From the IMG/VR virus record IMGVR_UViG_3300025585_000026: 32,802 nucleotides of DNA. One strand, given 5' to 3'. Position numbers and translations under genes: made by a program. Within the stretch, counting starts at the first letter, position 1. Each line of letters opens with the position of its first letter. Origin of the DNA: a virus. The notes below the pieces were generated by a model that was given only the letters and a program-made list of their open reading frames with translations, was not told the origin of the DNA and did not search any database. Shown here piece after piece: positions 1-7,299 of this stretch.

Positions 1-127
1 GCATTGGCGGTAATACAGCCTCAATCATCCTATCAGCATCGCCAACATCGAAGATTGTCTCTGGATCAAACTGCTCGCAGATAATGGTTCCAAGTTTAGC
101 GATAGCATCAGATATGAACTTGCAGAA
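1..127. repeat. terminal direct repeat copy 1 (contig-closure overlap of a circular assembly)
   Basis: nt 1-127 are base-for-base identical to nt 32676-32802. The repeat sits inside one continuous minus-strand reading frame. Confidence 0.9.
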
Positions 128-1489
128 CATGTTCTGACGCACAACCAGTCCGAGCGATGACCACTGAGACTCTAAGCGATTAGCAGTAGCAGACTTGTAT
201 TGCTCGCTTGTTCCACGAAGCAGGTCAGATACTTTCAGTGTTTCGTAAAGCTGCTGCAATGCTGATTGCCGTGCTGCTTGAAGTTGCTGCAAAGCATTAA
301 CGTATGGCGCAATGTCCATGAACTCAACGCCAGATTGCAAGCCACCACGAGACTTGTAACTGGGCCAATTCATTACAGGAACCATCTTTAAATCGCCAAT
401 CATAAGCTGCTCAACTTGCAATCCAAGTGAAGCATCATAGAGCGCATTAGTGCGAATGGTTTGTGTGACTGCGTGGATACGAGTTGTGAGACGCTCAATC
501 TCTAAGATTTGGTCTTTAACGTGTGCATAGTCTGATACTGGAATAACAGAATCTGGATCGGCACTCTGAGCGATTACAGAGCAAGGATAGAAGCCTTCAA
601 AGTCGATAGGTGGCTCTGACTCGTGGATGATAAACTTCTCAGCAGATTTGTGACCCCAGTAAACCTTTTCAGTCTCCTCGCACCAAATCTCGTATACTTC
701 TGCCTTGCCTTCATACTTATCAGAGTCTTTGTTCCAGTCTTTAGTTGCCTTGTCTGGAAACGAGTCAAAGTGCATCTTGTCGGCAACTTCTACGCCGAAT
801 AGTTCCTCTGCTTGTGGTCGTGTAAGATATGCACGACGAGCACGCCATTCTATTTCAGTTTCGTTTCTAGCATCTGAGCAGAAATAGTCGTTGTATTGAA
901 CAACGTCTAAGCAAGCATCATCGCTTTCTTTCTTCTCAATCTTAACCTTAGCTAAGATTAAGCCTCCTGGACCTTCACGTTGGCTGATAATCTCTTGAGT
1001 AAATGGTTGTCCTTGGTCGTCTACTAGCGTTCCATCAGCAGCAGGGAACAACGCAATCTCCATCTCTTCTTCTTCTATCTCAGCTTCATATCGAGCCCAA
1101 AGAACGGCACGACCAGTAAGAAGGAATTGCAAGGCAGAGTTATACCCTACGTTGTCGAATGGAAACTCGCAGTCCATAAGGTACTGGATATTGCGCTCAA
1201 GGATAACAGCTGATAACTCCTCAAGAGTGCCGCCAGTGCGCTTACGAAGGCTTACTTCTGCTTTTGGCGTGGAAGAATAATAAGCAGGTAGGAGAGTATT
1301 AACACAATACCACCAGACATTAAGTCGTCGCTCAGTATCATTTAGAATCCCCACCTGCTTCTGTGCGTTATAAACACGGATGGATTCTTCAGCCATTTCA
1401 ATGAACTTCTTGGAACGCTCCTCTGCACGAGTAATCTCTGTTTTCCAATAAGTAGAGGAGAACCGTTCAACTAATGGCTTAATCTTCAT
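1..1489 (-). CDS. portal protein, N-terminal part (gene wraps the junction and continues at 32675..31537)
   Basis: ATG at 1489 in an ATGA overlap with the terL stop. The frame is open to the window edge (MKIKPLVERFSSTYWKTEITRAEERSKKFIEMAEES...DADRMIEAVLPPM) and is not in the ORF track only because it lacks a stop inside the window. It stays in frame through the 127-nt repeat into 31537..32703, giving 2628 nt / 875 aa. Position directly after terL and size fit a portal. Confidence 0.75.
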   Translation of the reverse strand, partial: MKIKPLVERFSSTYWKTEITRAEERSKKFIEMAEESIRVYNAQKQVGILNDTERRLNVWWYCVNTLLPAYYSSTPKAEVSLRKRTGGTLEELSAVILERNIQYLMDCEFPFDNVGYNSALQFLLTGRAVLWARYEAEIEEEEMEIALFPAADGTLVDDQGQPFTQEIISQREGPGGLILAKVKIEKKESDDACLDVVQYNDYFCSDARNETEIEWRARRAYLTRPQAEELFGVEVADKMHFDSFPDKATKDWNKDSDKYEGKAEVYEIWCEETEKVYWGHKSAEKFIIHESEPPIDFEGFYPCSVIAQSADPDSVIPVSDYAHVKDQILEIERLTTRIHAVTQTIRTNALYDASLGLQVEQLMIGDLKMVPVMNWPSYKSRGGLQSGVEFMDIAPYVNALQQLQAARQSALQQLYETLKVSDLLRGTSEQYKSATANRLESQWSSLGLVVRQNMFCKFISDAIAKLGTIICEQFDPETIFDVGDADRMIEAVLPPM

Positions 1490-2892
1490 ATTGTAGCTCT
1501 ACCTCTTTGTGACCGCATTTGTGCTATATATGCCTGTAGCTTAATCACACCTTTGTTGAATACTTCCGCTGGCTGTTCCCACTTACTATCAATCAGCCTC
1601 TCTTTGCAAAGATAACGTAGTGCGTCAGGCAGATGGTCGTTTCCTTCTGTGTCAACGTCCTCTGGTCGCCTTTTATCAATCGCTAGACTTGGCAGAGCTT
1701 CTAATAGTCCTGGACAGTTGGTGGTAATATACAACAGAGCTGGCTTTGCAACCAACCGTTGTCTTATCTGCGACCACCCTGATAAACGATCATTGTCGGC
1801 TTGCCTGAAGTTTGGATGCTTGTATTTGGCAAACACTGTATGGAATTGGTCGGCAATACTTGGACCACCTTGGTTATTAAAGATGGATGGATCCGCTGCG
1901 GCATGGACGTTCTCGCCAACGGATGCTGCGGCAATACGCTCCGCTTGCGTAACATTGTCGATGCCTTTGCCGTGCATTTCTCGATAGATGACCATCGCTC
2001 CTTTCGGGTATGGAACCTCATTGCCTCTATCATCCCTTCCAGAACTAACAGCACCCCAGACAGCGGCAAAAGGACTGCGAAAACCCCAATCGTAACCAAG
2101 ATACTTAGCCCAGTGCTTAGGAATGTTAAAAGGCTGGATAATGTGTCGTGAACTAAACTCTGGAAAGTATGAACCCTCATGAATCTCAAAGTCTCCTTCT
2201 AGCCACGCTCGCACCAGCTCAGGACTACCAACCATGTGCAAACGGTTAATATACTCAGGGTCTTGCGCTAATAGTATTTGGTTATCAGCTATACGGCTTG
2301 GAATGTAGATGTAATCAAACGATGAGCCATTAGGTAACTCTTTGGTAAGTATCTTCTTACCGTTCGGTGCTGGCTTGATAAACAGCTCTTTGAGCCAATG
2401 ATGACCAACGCCACCAGGATTAAACGTCAAGATAACCTGCCCACCACCTCTACCTCGCAACGCTCCAAAGAGCTTAAAGATAGGACTAGGATTGGCAAAG
2501 TTACCAGCCTCCTCAATCGCTGCATGGCTAAGATTCTGTCCTTGGTACTTCTCAGCATCAGCATCATCGGCTAATGGTCTAAACCGTAACCGTGCACCAT
2601 TAGGAAACGTAAATTGCTTTTTTTGGTCCTGCCAGTGCGCTCTAAGCGGTAGGTAAATCTGCTTGGCACGTTCTATCAAGTCATCTGCCTGTGGCAGCTC
2701 TTTACGAAAGAATATAGCGTTAAATGACTCACCAAGTTGCTCTTGATTGACAGCAAACTTACCCAAGACACCATCAGTCTTACCACCACCACGAGCGCCA
2801 CCATAGCCTATAAGCGTTATGGGACAAGCAACCAGCATCTCCTGCGGTCCAGGTTGAGGCGACCAAACGATGCGTTCGGTTACTTCATCCAC
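1486..2892 (-). CDS. terL: terminase large subunit
   Basis: 468 aa. N-terminal WSPQPGPQ followed by the P-loop YGGARGGGKTDG, typical of TerL ATPase domains. GTG start abuts the upstream stop, and the stop overlaps the portal ATG. Confidence 0.9.
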   Translation of the reverse strand: MDEVTERIVWSPQPGPQEMLVACPITLIGYGGARGGGKTDGVLGKFAVNQEQLGESFNAIFFRKELPQADDLIERAKQIYLPLRAHWQDQKKQFTFPNGARLRFRPLADDADAEKYQGQNLSHAAIEEAGNFANPSPIFKLFGALRGRGGGQVILTFNPGGVGHHWLKELFIKPAPNGKKILTKELPNGSSFDYIYIPSRIADNQILLAQDPEYINRLHMVGSPELVRAWLEGDFEIHEGSYFPEFSSRHIIQPFNIPKHWAKYLGYDWGFRSPFAAVWGAVSSGRDDRGNEVPYPKGAMVIYREMHGKGIDNVTQAERIAAASVGENVHAAADPSIFNNQGGPSIADQFHTVFAKYKHPNFRQADNDRLSGWSQIRQRLVAKPALLYITTNCPGLLEALPSLAIDKRRPEDVDTEGNDHLPDALRYLCKERLIDSKWEQPAEVFNKGVIKLQAYIAQMRSQRGRATI

Positions 2893-3099
2893 CTAAATAT
2901 CCTTTAAGCTCTGACAATAAACCCAGAAATCTTCCCACGTAGCCATGTTCTGATGTGGCTCTGACTTATCGCCACACTCGCTACACTCAACCCGCTGATG
3001 CTTAGGCATATCCATGTTGAACTCCTCAACAGCACCACAATGAGGGCACTTCCAGAAGTTGTCGTCAGTTTCATCCTTCATGCGGTGCTCAATTCCCAT
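2893..3099 (-). CDS. small zinc-ribbon protein
   Basis: 68 aa with two CxxC pairs (CPHCG ... CSECG). Translationally coupled on both sides. Confidence 0.6.
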   Translation of the reverse strand: MGIEHRMKDETDDNFWKCPHCGAVEEFNMDMPKHQRVECSECGDKSEPHQNMATWEDFWVYCQSLKDI

Positions 3100-3335
3100 T
3101 ACTCACCACACCAAAAACGATCATAGTCATCCTTCGTAATCGTATTGCCAAACCGTATAAACCTCACGCCACAACGCCTATACCCACAACTAAGCCAATC
3201 ATTATAACTCGCATACGCACTTACATGGTCGCACTTAGGACAACGGTAATAGTATAGAATAGCTATTGGCTTCCTACGGAACCCTGCATCTCTAATAGGA
3301 TTGCGTTTCAAGGTCGTCTCACAAAAGGAAGGCAC
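3099..3335 (-). CDS. small Cys-rich (zinc-ribbon-like) protein
   Basis: 78 aa with CPKCDH and SCGYRRCG motifs. GTG start. The stop overlaps the next ATG (TAATG). Confidence 0.5.
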   Translation of the reverse strand: MPSFCETTLKRNPIRDAGFRRKPIAILYYYRCPKCDHVSAYASYNDWLSCGYRRCGVRFIRFGNTITKDDYDRFWCGE

Positions 3336-3494
3336 TCTCTATCGAGAGTTAAAAACTTAACTTGCGCTAAGTTCTTATAGTCAAGCAACGTCTGGAGCTT
3401 GTCACTGTTCGTCTTCAGCTATCCAATAAACACATATCACAACTCGAAACAGTAAAAAGGCTGTCAGTATGTGACCGTTGCACCAAGGACTATA

Positions 3495-4004
3495 CTACTC
3501 CTCCTCAGATTCCGTATCGTTTTTAAGATACCTCTGCTCAAATTCTTCACGACTCAACGGCTTGGCTGACACAACAGCGTTTATAGTCCCAACATGCTCA
3601 ACAGTATTAGCCTCAGTCCAACCTAACTTACTCTTACCCAAATACATCAACACCTGCGGGTTACCTGCCATAGCCTGTTCCATCAACCCTCTAGCAACAA
3701 CCTCCTGCATGCCAGCCTGACCAGCCGCATACTCCTCGCCATACCACTTCGTCAGTTCCTGCGGACTCAACCTACTAGCTATAGCTACAGCACTCTTACT
3801 CAACCCAAGTTTCGCAAGCCTCGTAACCATCGCACTCGTCTCAGCATCCTTCTCATACCGCTGATTGCTGTAGTCCTTCCTACGAGGTGGATTGATAACA
3901 ATCGGCTTAGGCTCAATTACTACTTCGCCAATTTTTATAACTTCAGACTCGCTAGAATCGACGGCTGGTTTTGAATCGAAATCGGAATCAGTTTCGTGGC
4001 TCAT
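3495..4004 (-). CDS. terS: putative terminase small subunit (HTH DNA-binding)
   Basis: 169 aa. Acidic N-terminus, an HTH-like segment (LAKLGLSKSAVAIASRLSPQELTKW) and a GNPQVLMYLGKSKLGWTE motif resembling the conserved ...FxLKNRxGWxD segment of TerS families. First gene of the late strand, upstream of terL. Confidence 0.6.
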   Translation of the reverse strand: MSHETDSDFDSKPAVDSSESEVIKIGEVVIEPKPIVINPPRRKDYSNQRYEKDAETSAMVTRLAKLGLSKSAVAIASRLSPQELTKWYGEEYAAGQAGMQEVVARGLMEQAMAGNPQVLMYLGKSKLGWTEANTVEHVGTINAVVSAKPLSREEFEQRYLKNDTESEEE

Positions 4005-4311
4005 AGGTTAGAACGGTGGTTGGGTTAAAGAAACGGGATTTTTTAGTGGGAGATGGGATGCCGCCACTACTGCTCGCCGCGCCGCTTTCAAATTCGTTTC
4101 CAAAACTGAAATCCTAGTCCATGGCTGGCAAAACCAAGTTAAGCCTCTGAACTGATTTAGGATTTTGGAAAGAGAACTTTTTTCTGGCGCTGCGGTGGAG
4201 GGTAGTCTGCTCATATATATTCTACCGCATGATATACCCCAGTAGTTACGCATAGTTATACTTAACTAGTTTTCTACTTCTCGTAAACTAGAAATAGCGT
4301 AGTGATACCAA

Positions 4312-4340
4312 GTAGTTATATATGGATATGTAATAACTAC
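4312..4340. promoter_or_regulatory. operator-like inverted repeat GTAGTTAT-N13-ATAACTAC overlapping a candidate late promoter
   Basis: Perfect 8-bp arms at 4312-4319 and 4333-4340. On the minus strand TTGTAG (4342-4337) -16 nt- TATAAC (4320-4315) resembles a sigma70 promoter. The AGTAGTTA half-site recurs at 4241-4248 and 6482-6489. Confidence 0.35.
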
Positions 4341-4342
4341 AA

Positions 4343-4630
4343 TCACTTAGCTACTTCCTTGATGAGCTGCCACCAGTCCAAGTCGCTCATACCACTGACA
4401 CGCTGCAACTCTACCAACTCATCCAGCGAGTATATCCGTTTGTTGCGCTCTCTCTGAACTATCGTGTCCTTCGATACGCCTAGCAGAGTGCCCATAACGG
4501 TCTGTGTTACGCCGAGTCTCGACCTTAGTAGTTTGTATAAGACACCAACCGTTCGTCGTTCTCTGCGTATCCTCTGCGCTGTGAGAGGCTTTTTCATCAT
4601 ATCGTATGTTATGATTAGGTTGTTCACCAT
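4343..4630 (-). CDS. XRE/Cro-CI family helix-turn-helix transcriptional regulator
   Basis: 95 aa. LRSRLGVTQTVMGTLLGVSKDTIVQRERNKR is a classic XRE HTH. Divergently oriented from the early operon. Confidence 0.8.
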   Translation of the reverse strand: MVNNLIITYDMMKKPLTAQRIRRERRTVGVLYKLLRSRLGVTQTVMGTLLGVSKDTIVQRERNKRIYSLDELVELQRVSGMSDLDWWQLIKEVAK

Positions 4631-4812
4631 TTAAACGTAAACGATCTGAATCGAACATGGTAGTGGATTATATACATTGATGCTTATCGTAGCCTTGTCT
4701 AAGTGTTCGCTACGCTCACAGTTACTAAGACGAAACGGACCCTCATTTTATTCAAAAGATTCTTCACTTTCTTTCAACTATCTCGTTATGTGTAGCCATA
4801 TTAGCTAGTTGC

Positions 4813-4831
4813 AGGGTTACGCAGTAAGCCA
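4813..4831 (+). promoter_or_regulatory. 19-nt conserved box AGGGTTACGCAGTAAGCCA, copy 1
   Basis: Exact 19-nt match to 6408-6426. It ends 33 nt upstream of the -35 hexamer at 4865. Confidence 0.5.
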
Positions 4832-4864
4832 GTTAGCTACCGCATAAAAAAGTGAATCGTATGA

Positions 4865-4893
4865 TTGCATACTGTAATCATACTATGTATACT
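4865..4893 (+). promoter_or_regulatory. sigma70-like early promoter (TTGCAT-17 nt-TATACT) with flanking operator-like inverted repeat
   Basis: -35 TTGCAT at 4865-4870, a 17-nt spacer, and -10 TATACT at 4888-4893. An 8-bp inverted repeat, GTATGATT (4859-4866) / AATCATAC (4876-4883), brackets the -35. Confidence 0.5.
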
Positions 4894-4927
4894 TGGCTTG
4901 TGGTTAAGAGATTACCTCTCACCAAAT

Positions 4928-4944
4928 GGAGACTACGACTATGA
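4928..4944 (+). promoter_or_regulatory. conserved translation-initiation cassette GGAGACTACGACTATGA, copy 1
   Basis: Identical 17-mer containing the SD, spacer and ATG. Other copies are at 5157, 5470 and 5734. Confidence 0.7.
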
Positions 4945-5156
4945 AACATCGACAATACAGTGACGACTCAGGCGAGCTGGTTTTTCATGAGTATACAATT
5001 TTTACGGGTAGCAAAGAGGCTGCGATTGATGCGGCTACGACAGCACAACCACTGTTCAGCGAAGGACCAGGACATAAATTCTGTAAGGTTGACAATGTTG
5101 CAAAGCTATCGCCGACAGCTTGGTTGGTAACTTTGGTAATTGGTTGGGACGTATAA
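4941..5156 (+). CDS. hypothetical early protein
   Basis: 71 aa starting at the ATG preceded by GGAGA. The track start at 4926 is an in-frame ATG lying inside the SD cassette. Confidence 0.6.
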   Translation: MKHRQYSDDSGELVFHEYTIFTGSKEAAIDAATTAQPLFSEGPGHKFCKVDNVAKLSPTAWLVTLVIGWDV

Positions 5157-5173
5157 GGAGACTACGACTATGA
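5157..5173 (+). promoter_or_regulatory. conserved translation-initiation cassette, copy 2
   Basis: GGAGACTACGACTATGA, exact. Confidence 0.7.
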
Positions 5174-5463
5174 CATACAAAGTAACCATTCTGATGAATG
5201 CAGAGGCTGTGGCTACCTACTCAGCTTCAACACTCGGCTACGCATACAAGACGGCTAAAGAGGCTTTGTTCACTTGGGGCTCTGGCGTAGTTGTTGAAAT
5301 TCACAACGGCAAATACCGTGAAATCTTTGAAGGAACAAACGACAGGCTCAAGTGGTGCGGTAGGGACGTTGGCAACAGTCATTACTATCGCAGCGAGTCT
5401 GGAGAGTTGTGCTGCTTATATATGGGCAGTGGGTCAGACCGTGAGAATTTTGGCTTTAATTAA
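5170..5463 (+). CDS. hypothetical early protein
   Basis: 97 aa (MTYKVTILMNAEAV...). Start chosen at the SD-preceded ATG. Confidence 0.6.
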   Translation: MTYKVTILMNAEAVATYSASTLGYAYKTAKEALFTWGSGVVVEIHNGKYREIFEGTNDRLKWCGRDVGNSHYYRSESGELCCLYMGSGSDRENFGFN

Positions 5464-5469
5464 CATCAA

Positions 5470-5486
5470 GGAGACTACGACTATGA
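5470..5486 (+). promoter_or_regulatory. conserved translation-initiation cassette, copy 3
   Basis: GGAGACTACGACTATGA, exact. It shares 22 nt with copy 4. Confidence 0.7.
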
Positions 5487-5734
5487 CTAATCCAATCACA
5501 GAGCAAGAGCTTGAGCGTTGGCGTAATGAGTACAGCAACCACACCAAGCAGACTGTCAACACTAGGCAGTTGCGGAAGAACATGCGGTTACTGAGTAAAG
5601 ACGAGTTACGGCAACTGTCGCAAGCAAACATTAACCTCATCTCGCAGCTTGCAGAGCAAGTGCTGTCTGAGAAAGAAGTTAAGAAGAACAAGAAGCATTT
5701 AGCAAGTTTACTCAACATTACACTTAATAGTTAG
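5483..5734 (+). CDS. hypothetical early protein (helical, Lys/Gln-rich)
   Basis: 83 aa (MTNPITEQELERWRNEY...). The 147-aa track ORF from 5291 overlaps the previous gene out of frame, so the internal SD-preceded ATG is preferred. Confidence 0.6.
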   Translation: MTNPITEQELERWRNEYSNHTKQTVNTRQLRKNMRLLSKDELRQLSQANINLISQLAEQVLSEKEVKKNKKHLASLLNITLNS

Positions 5735-5750
5735 GAGACTACGACTATGA
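5734..5750 (+). promoter_or_regulatory. conserved translation-initiation cassette, copy 4
   Basis: GGAGACTACGACTATGA, exact. Confidence 0.7.
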
Positions 5751-5926
5751 CTAATTTGATGGATTTACAAAAAGCAATCTATTTGCTGATTGAGCATCGC
5801 AATGGATACGCAAGTTATTCACCTGAGCAAGTTTATGAAGCCAAGCGTTGCTTACTTGAATCAGGTTACTTTGCGCAATGGTATCAAGACGAGACAGGGC
5901 ATTGGAGCCTAGAGGTAAGAAAATAA
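5747..5926 (+). CDS. hypothetical early protein (59 aa, below the ORF-track cutoff)
   Basis: My translation is MTNLMDLQKAIYLLIEHRNGYASYSPEQVYEAKRCLLESGYFAQWYQDETGHWSLEVRK, ending at TAA. It carries the same SD cassette as the three upstream genes. Confidence 0.55.
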   Translation: MTNLMDLQKAIYLLIEHRNGYASYSPEQVYEAKRCLLESGYFAQWYQDETGHWSLEVRK

Positions 5927-5936
5927 GGAGACAAAC

Positions 5937-6029
5937 ATGACAATTATCGAACACCTTGGACAACTGGCAGTATGCCTAGTGCTATTTGGCACTTGGTACC
6001 TCATCCTCGTAGCTTTCTGGAGTTTCTAG
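5937..6029 (+). CDS. putative 30-aa membrane peptide
   Basis: AAGGAGAcaaacATG. The product MTIIEHLGQLAVCLVLFGTWYLILVAFWSF has one hydrophobic helix. The stop lies 2 nt before the next ATG. Confidence 0.4.
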   Translation: MTIIEHLGQLAVCLVLFGTWYLILVAFWSF

Positions 6030-6031
6030 TT

Positions 6032-6403
6032 ATGAAAACAAGTATTCGCCTGATTTTGTATACAATACTTGCAATTAGACCAACTATTGCGAGTGCTCAA
6101 ACTTACAGTGAGTTAATGCAGGAGGTCTTAGCAGAGAAGCAAGGTTACTACGCTGATGTTGTAGCACCGCAGCCAATAGTTCCAGTTGTACCTGTAGTTC
6201 CTGCGTACCCTCGTAACCTGATACCACCAAATCCGTATGGAACGGGTTATAGCATTGTGACAACCCAGACAACTCAGCCTAACTATGTCCAGCAGTACCT
6301 CGGTATTCGTGGAGCTACGAGCAATGTGACAGTGACAAGCGTAGTACCTAACAATGCTTGGGGTGCTCCACTTAGACCACCAATCCTGTTCCCGTATCCC
6401 TAA
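6032..6403 (+). CDS. secreted proline-rich protein (Sec signal peptide)
   Basis: 123 aa from the internal ATG. MKTSIRLILYTILAIRPTIASA|QT has n/h/c regions and an AxA cleavage site. The mature part is Pro/Val-rich (PQPIVPVVPVVPAYP). Confidence 0.6.
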   Translation: MKTSIRLILYTILAIRPTIASAQTYSELMQEVLAEKQGYYADVVAPQPIVPVVPVVPAYPRNLIPPNPYGTGYSIVTTQTTQPNYVQQYLGIRGATSNVTVTSVVPNNAWGAPLRPPILFPYP

Positions 6404-6407
6404 GCCA

Positions 6408-6426
6408 AGGGTTACGCAGTAAGCCA
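6408..6426 (+). promoter_or_regulatory. 19-nt conserved box AGGGTTACGCAGTAAGCCA, copy 2
   Basis: Exact repeat of 4813-4831. It ends 32 nt upstream of TTGACT at 6459 and is followed by ACTTTTT. Confidence 0.5.
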
Positions 6427-6458
6427 ACTTTTTCACAATTCGTGAAACCGTAGGATTG

Positions 6459-6501
6459 TTGACTACATCCTATGTACACATAGTAGTTAATTTGTTAAAT
6501 A
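6459..6501 (+). promoter_or_regulatory. candidate promoter region for the envelope-protein cassette
   Basis: TTGACT at 6459-6464 lies inside the inverted repeat TAGGAT-N10-ATCCTA (6451-6472). The alternative is TGTACA (6473-6478) -17 nt- TTAAAT (6496-6501). The -10 assignment is ambiguous. Confidence 0.3.
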
Positions 6502-6517
6502 GTTAATTGGAGACATT

Positions 6518-6793
6518 ATGAAACGACTAATTCTTGTAGTGACAATAGCAACTTGTAGCGGCTGTGGAGTTATCTTACCTGACGTAATGCTCGTAGGTAC
6601 CGAGCAAGGCATCCGTGCTTATAACGATGGGCAGTCTGCGCTCATCGCTCAAAGTAAGACCCAAAATAAGAACCAAGAGACTCCGTACTGGTCAAATAGA
6701 CGAGTGCAATCTGGTTACAGCTTTTGGGACCGTCTTAGCCATGGCTTTATCGCTACTAGCAAACCACAGGAGGTACCAACCGATGCTCAGTAA
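6518..6793 (+). CDS. putative lipoprotein / secreted protein
   Basis: 91 aa. MKRLILVVTIATCSGCG has a basic n-region, a hydrophobic core and Cys residues in a lipobox-like context. Confidence 0.55.
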   Translation: MKRLILVVTIATCSGCGVILPDVMLVGTEQGIRAYNDGQSALIAQSKTQNKNQETPYWSNRRVQSGYSFWDRLSHGFIATSKPQEVPTDAQ

Positions 6794-7016
6794 ATCACTA
6801 ACATGGTTCCTCACTACGTCTACAATCGTAGGCGTACCCGTGACAATCGCCATACTGCTAATCGGCATCGAGCGTTCAATACATACGCTCACATGCGAGA
6901 CTGCAAGATATGGCTGTAACAGAAGTTTTACCCAGTCAGTAGACTACATTGCCGAACAGGTCGATGAGGATACTGATGTAGTAATAACACCAAAAAAGAG
7001 TAAATTTACGAAGTAA
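6783..7016 (+). CDS. single-pass membrane protein
   Basis: 77 aa from the ATG that overlaps the upstream stop. One TM helix (WFLTTSTIVGVPVTIAILLIGI). The longer track ORF from 6615 overlaps the previous gene out of frame. Confidence 0.5.
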   Translation: MLSKSLTWFLTTSTIVGVPVTIAILLIGIERSIHTLTCETARYGCNRSFTQSVDYIAEQVDEDTDVVITPKKSKFTK

Positions 7017-7032
7017 ATTAAGGAGATAAACC

Positions 7033-7299
7033 ATGACTAAAATAACAGAGAAAGCGATGGAGTTTTTCTATCGTGATGATGAAGCAAGCAAGATGCTAAA
7101 TGCGTTGCTAGAGGACGGCAAACCATGTCGTGTCATTGCTGCGGCTCTTGAGGAGTACATGAACCAACTTAATAGGTTTGAACTAATGGGAATATACCAT
7201 CAGCTTCAAGTTCATGTAGTGGATGCTACGGACTGGGATGAGGTAGCAAACCGAGCACTATGTGATTGGTACGGCGCTCACTCAGACAATAACTGCTAA
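7033..7299 (+). CDS. hypothetical protein
   Basis: 88 aa with a strong SD (AAGGAGAtaaaccATG). Confidence 0.6.
   Translation: MTKITEKAMEFFYRDDEASKMLNALLEDGKPCRVIAAALEEYMNQLNRFELMGIYHQLQVHVVDATDWDEVANRALCDWYGAHSDNNC

Noticed and set aside
1-127. The 127-nt end repeat as genuine phage direct terminal repeats
   Set aside because: It falls in the middle of the portal coding sequence and has the look of an assembler overlap. Only read-level data could establish real termini.
574-887. Track ORFs 574..786 (-) and 705..887 (+)
   Set aside because: They lie inside the long open portal frame (1..1489, minus) in other frames or on the other strand. No SD, and the composition is not protein-like.
1649-2189. 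Track ORFs 1649..1987 (+), 1764..2189 (-) and 1801..2151 (+)
   Set aside because: All are nested in terL, whose frame carries clear terminase motifs. These are shadow ORFs.
4008-4253. 81-aa minus-strand ORF filling the terS leader
   Set aside because: No Shine-Dalgarno before its ATG, whereas nearly all real genes here have GGAG(A). The product is basic and Trp/Arg-rich and looks non-protein-like, and the start sits inside operator-like repeats. Kept only as an alternative hypothesis in the leader finding.
4419-4658. 79-aa minus-strand ORF overlapping the XRE regulator
   Set aside because: It is out of frame with the gene that carries a clear HTH motif, so it is a shadow ORF.
5291-6031. Longer N-terminal extensions of track ORFs (5291, 5140, 4926, 5972, 6615, 8121, 9405, 9725, 10392, 11142, 25259)
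   Set aside because: The extensions overlap the preceding gene out of frame or lack an SD. Internal ATGs preceded by GGAG(A) and stop/start coupling give a consistent gene map.
6431-6447. TTTCAC-N5-GTGAAA palindrome as a CRP-type site
   Set aside because: The half-site orientation is inverted relative to the CRP consensus (TGTGA-N6-TCACA) and the arms are only 6 bp. It is possibly part of a terminator after the preceding gene, but the evidence is too weak to call.
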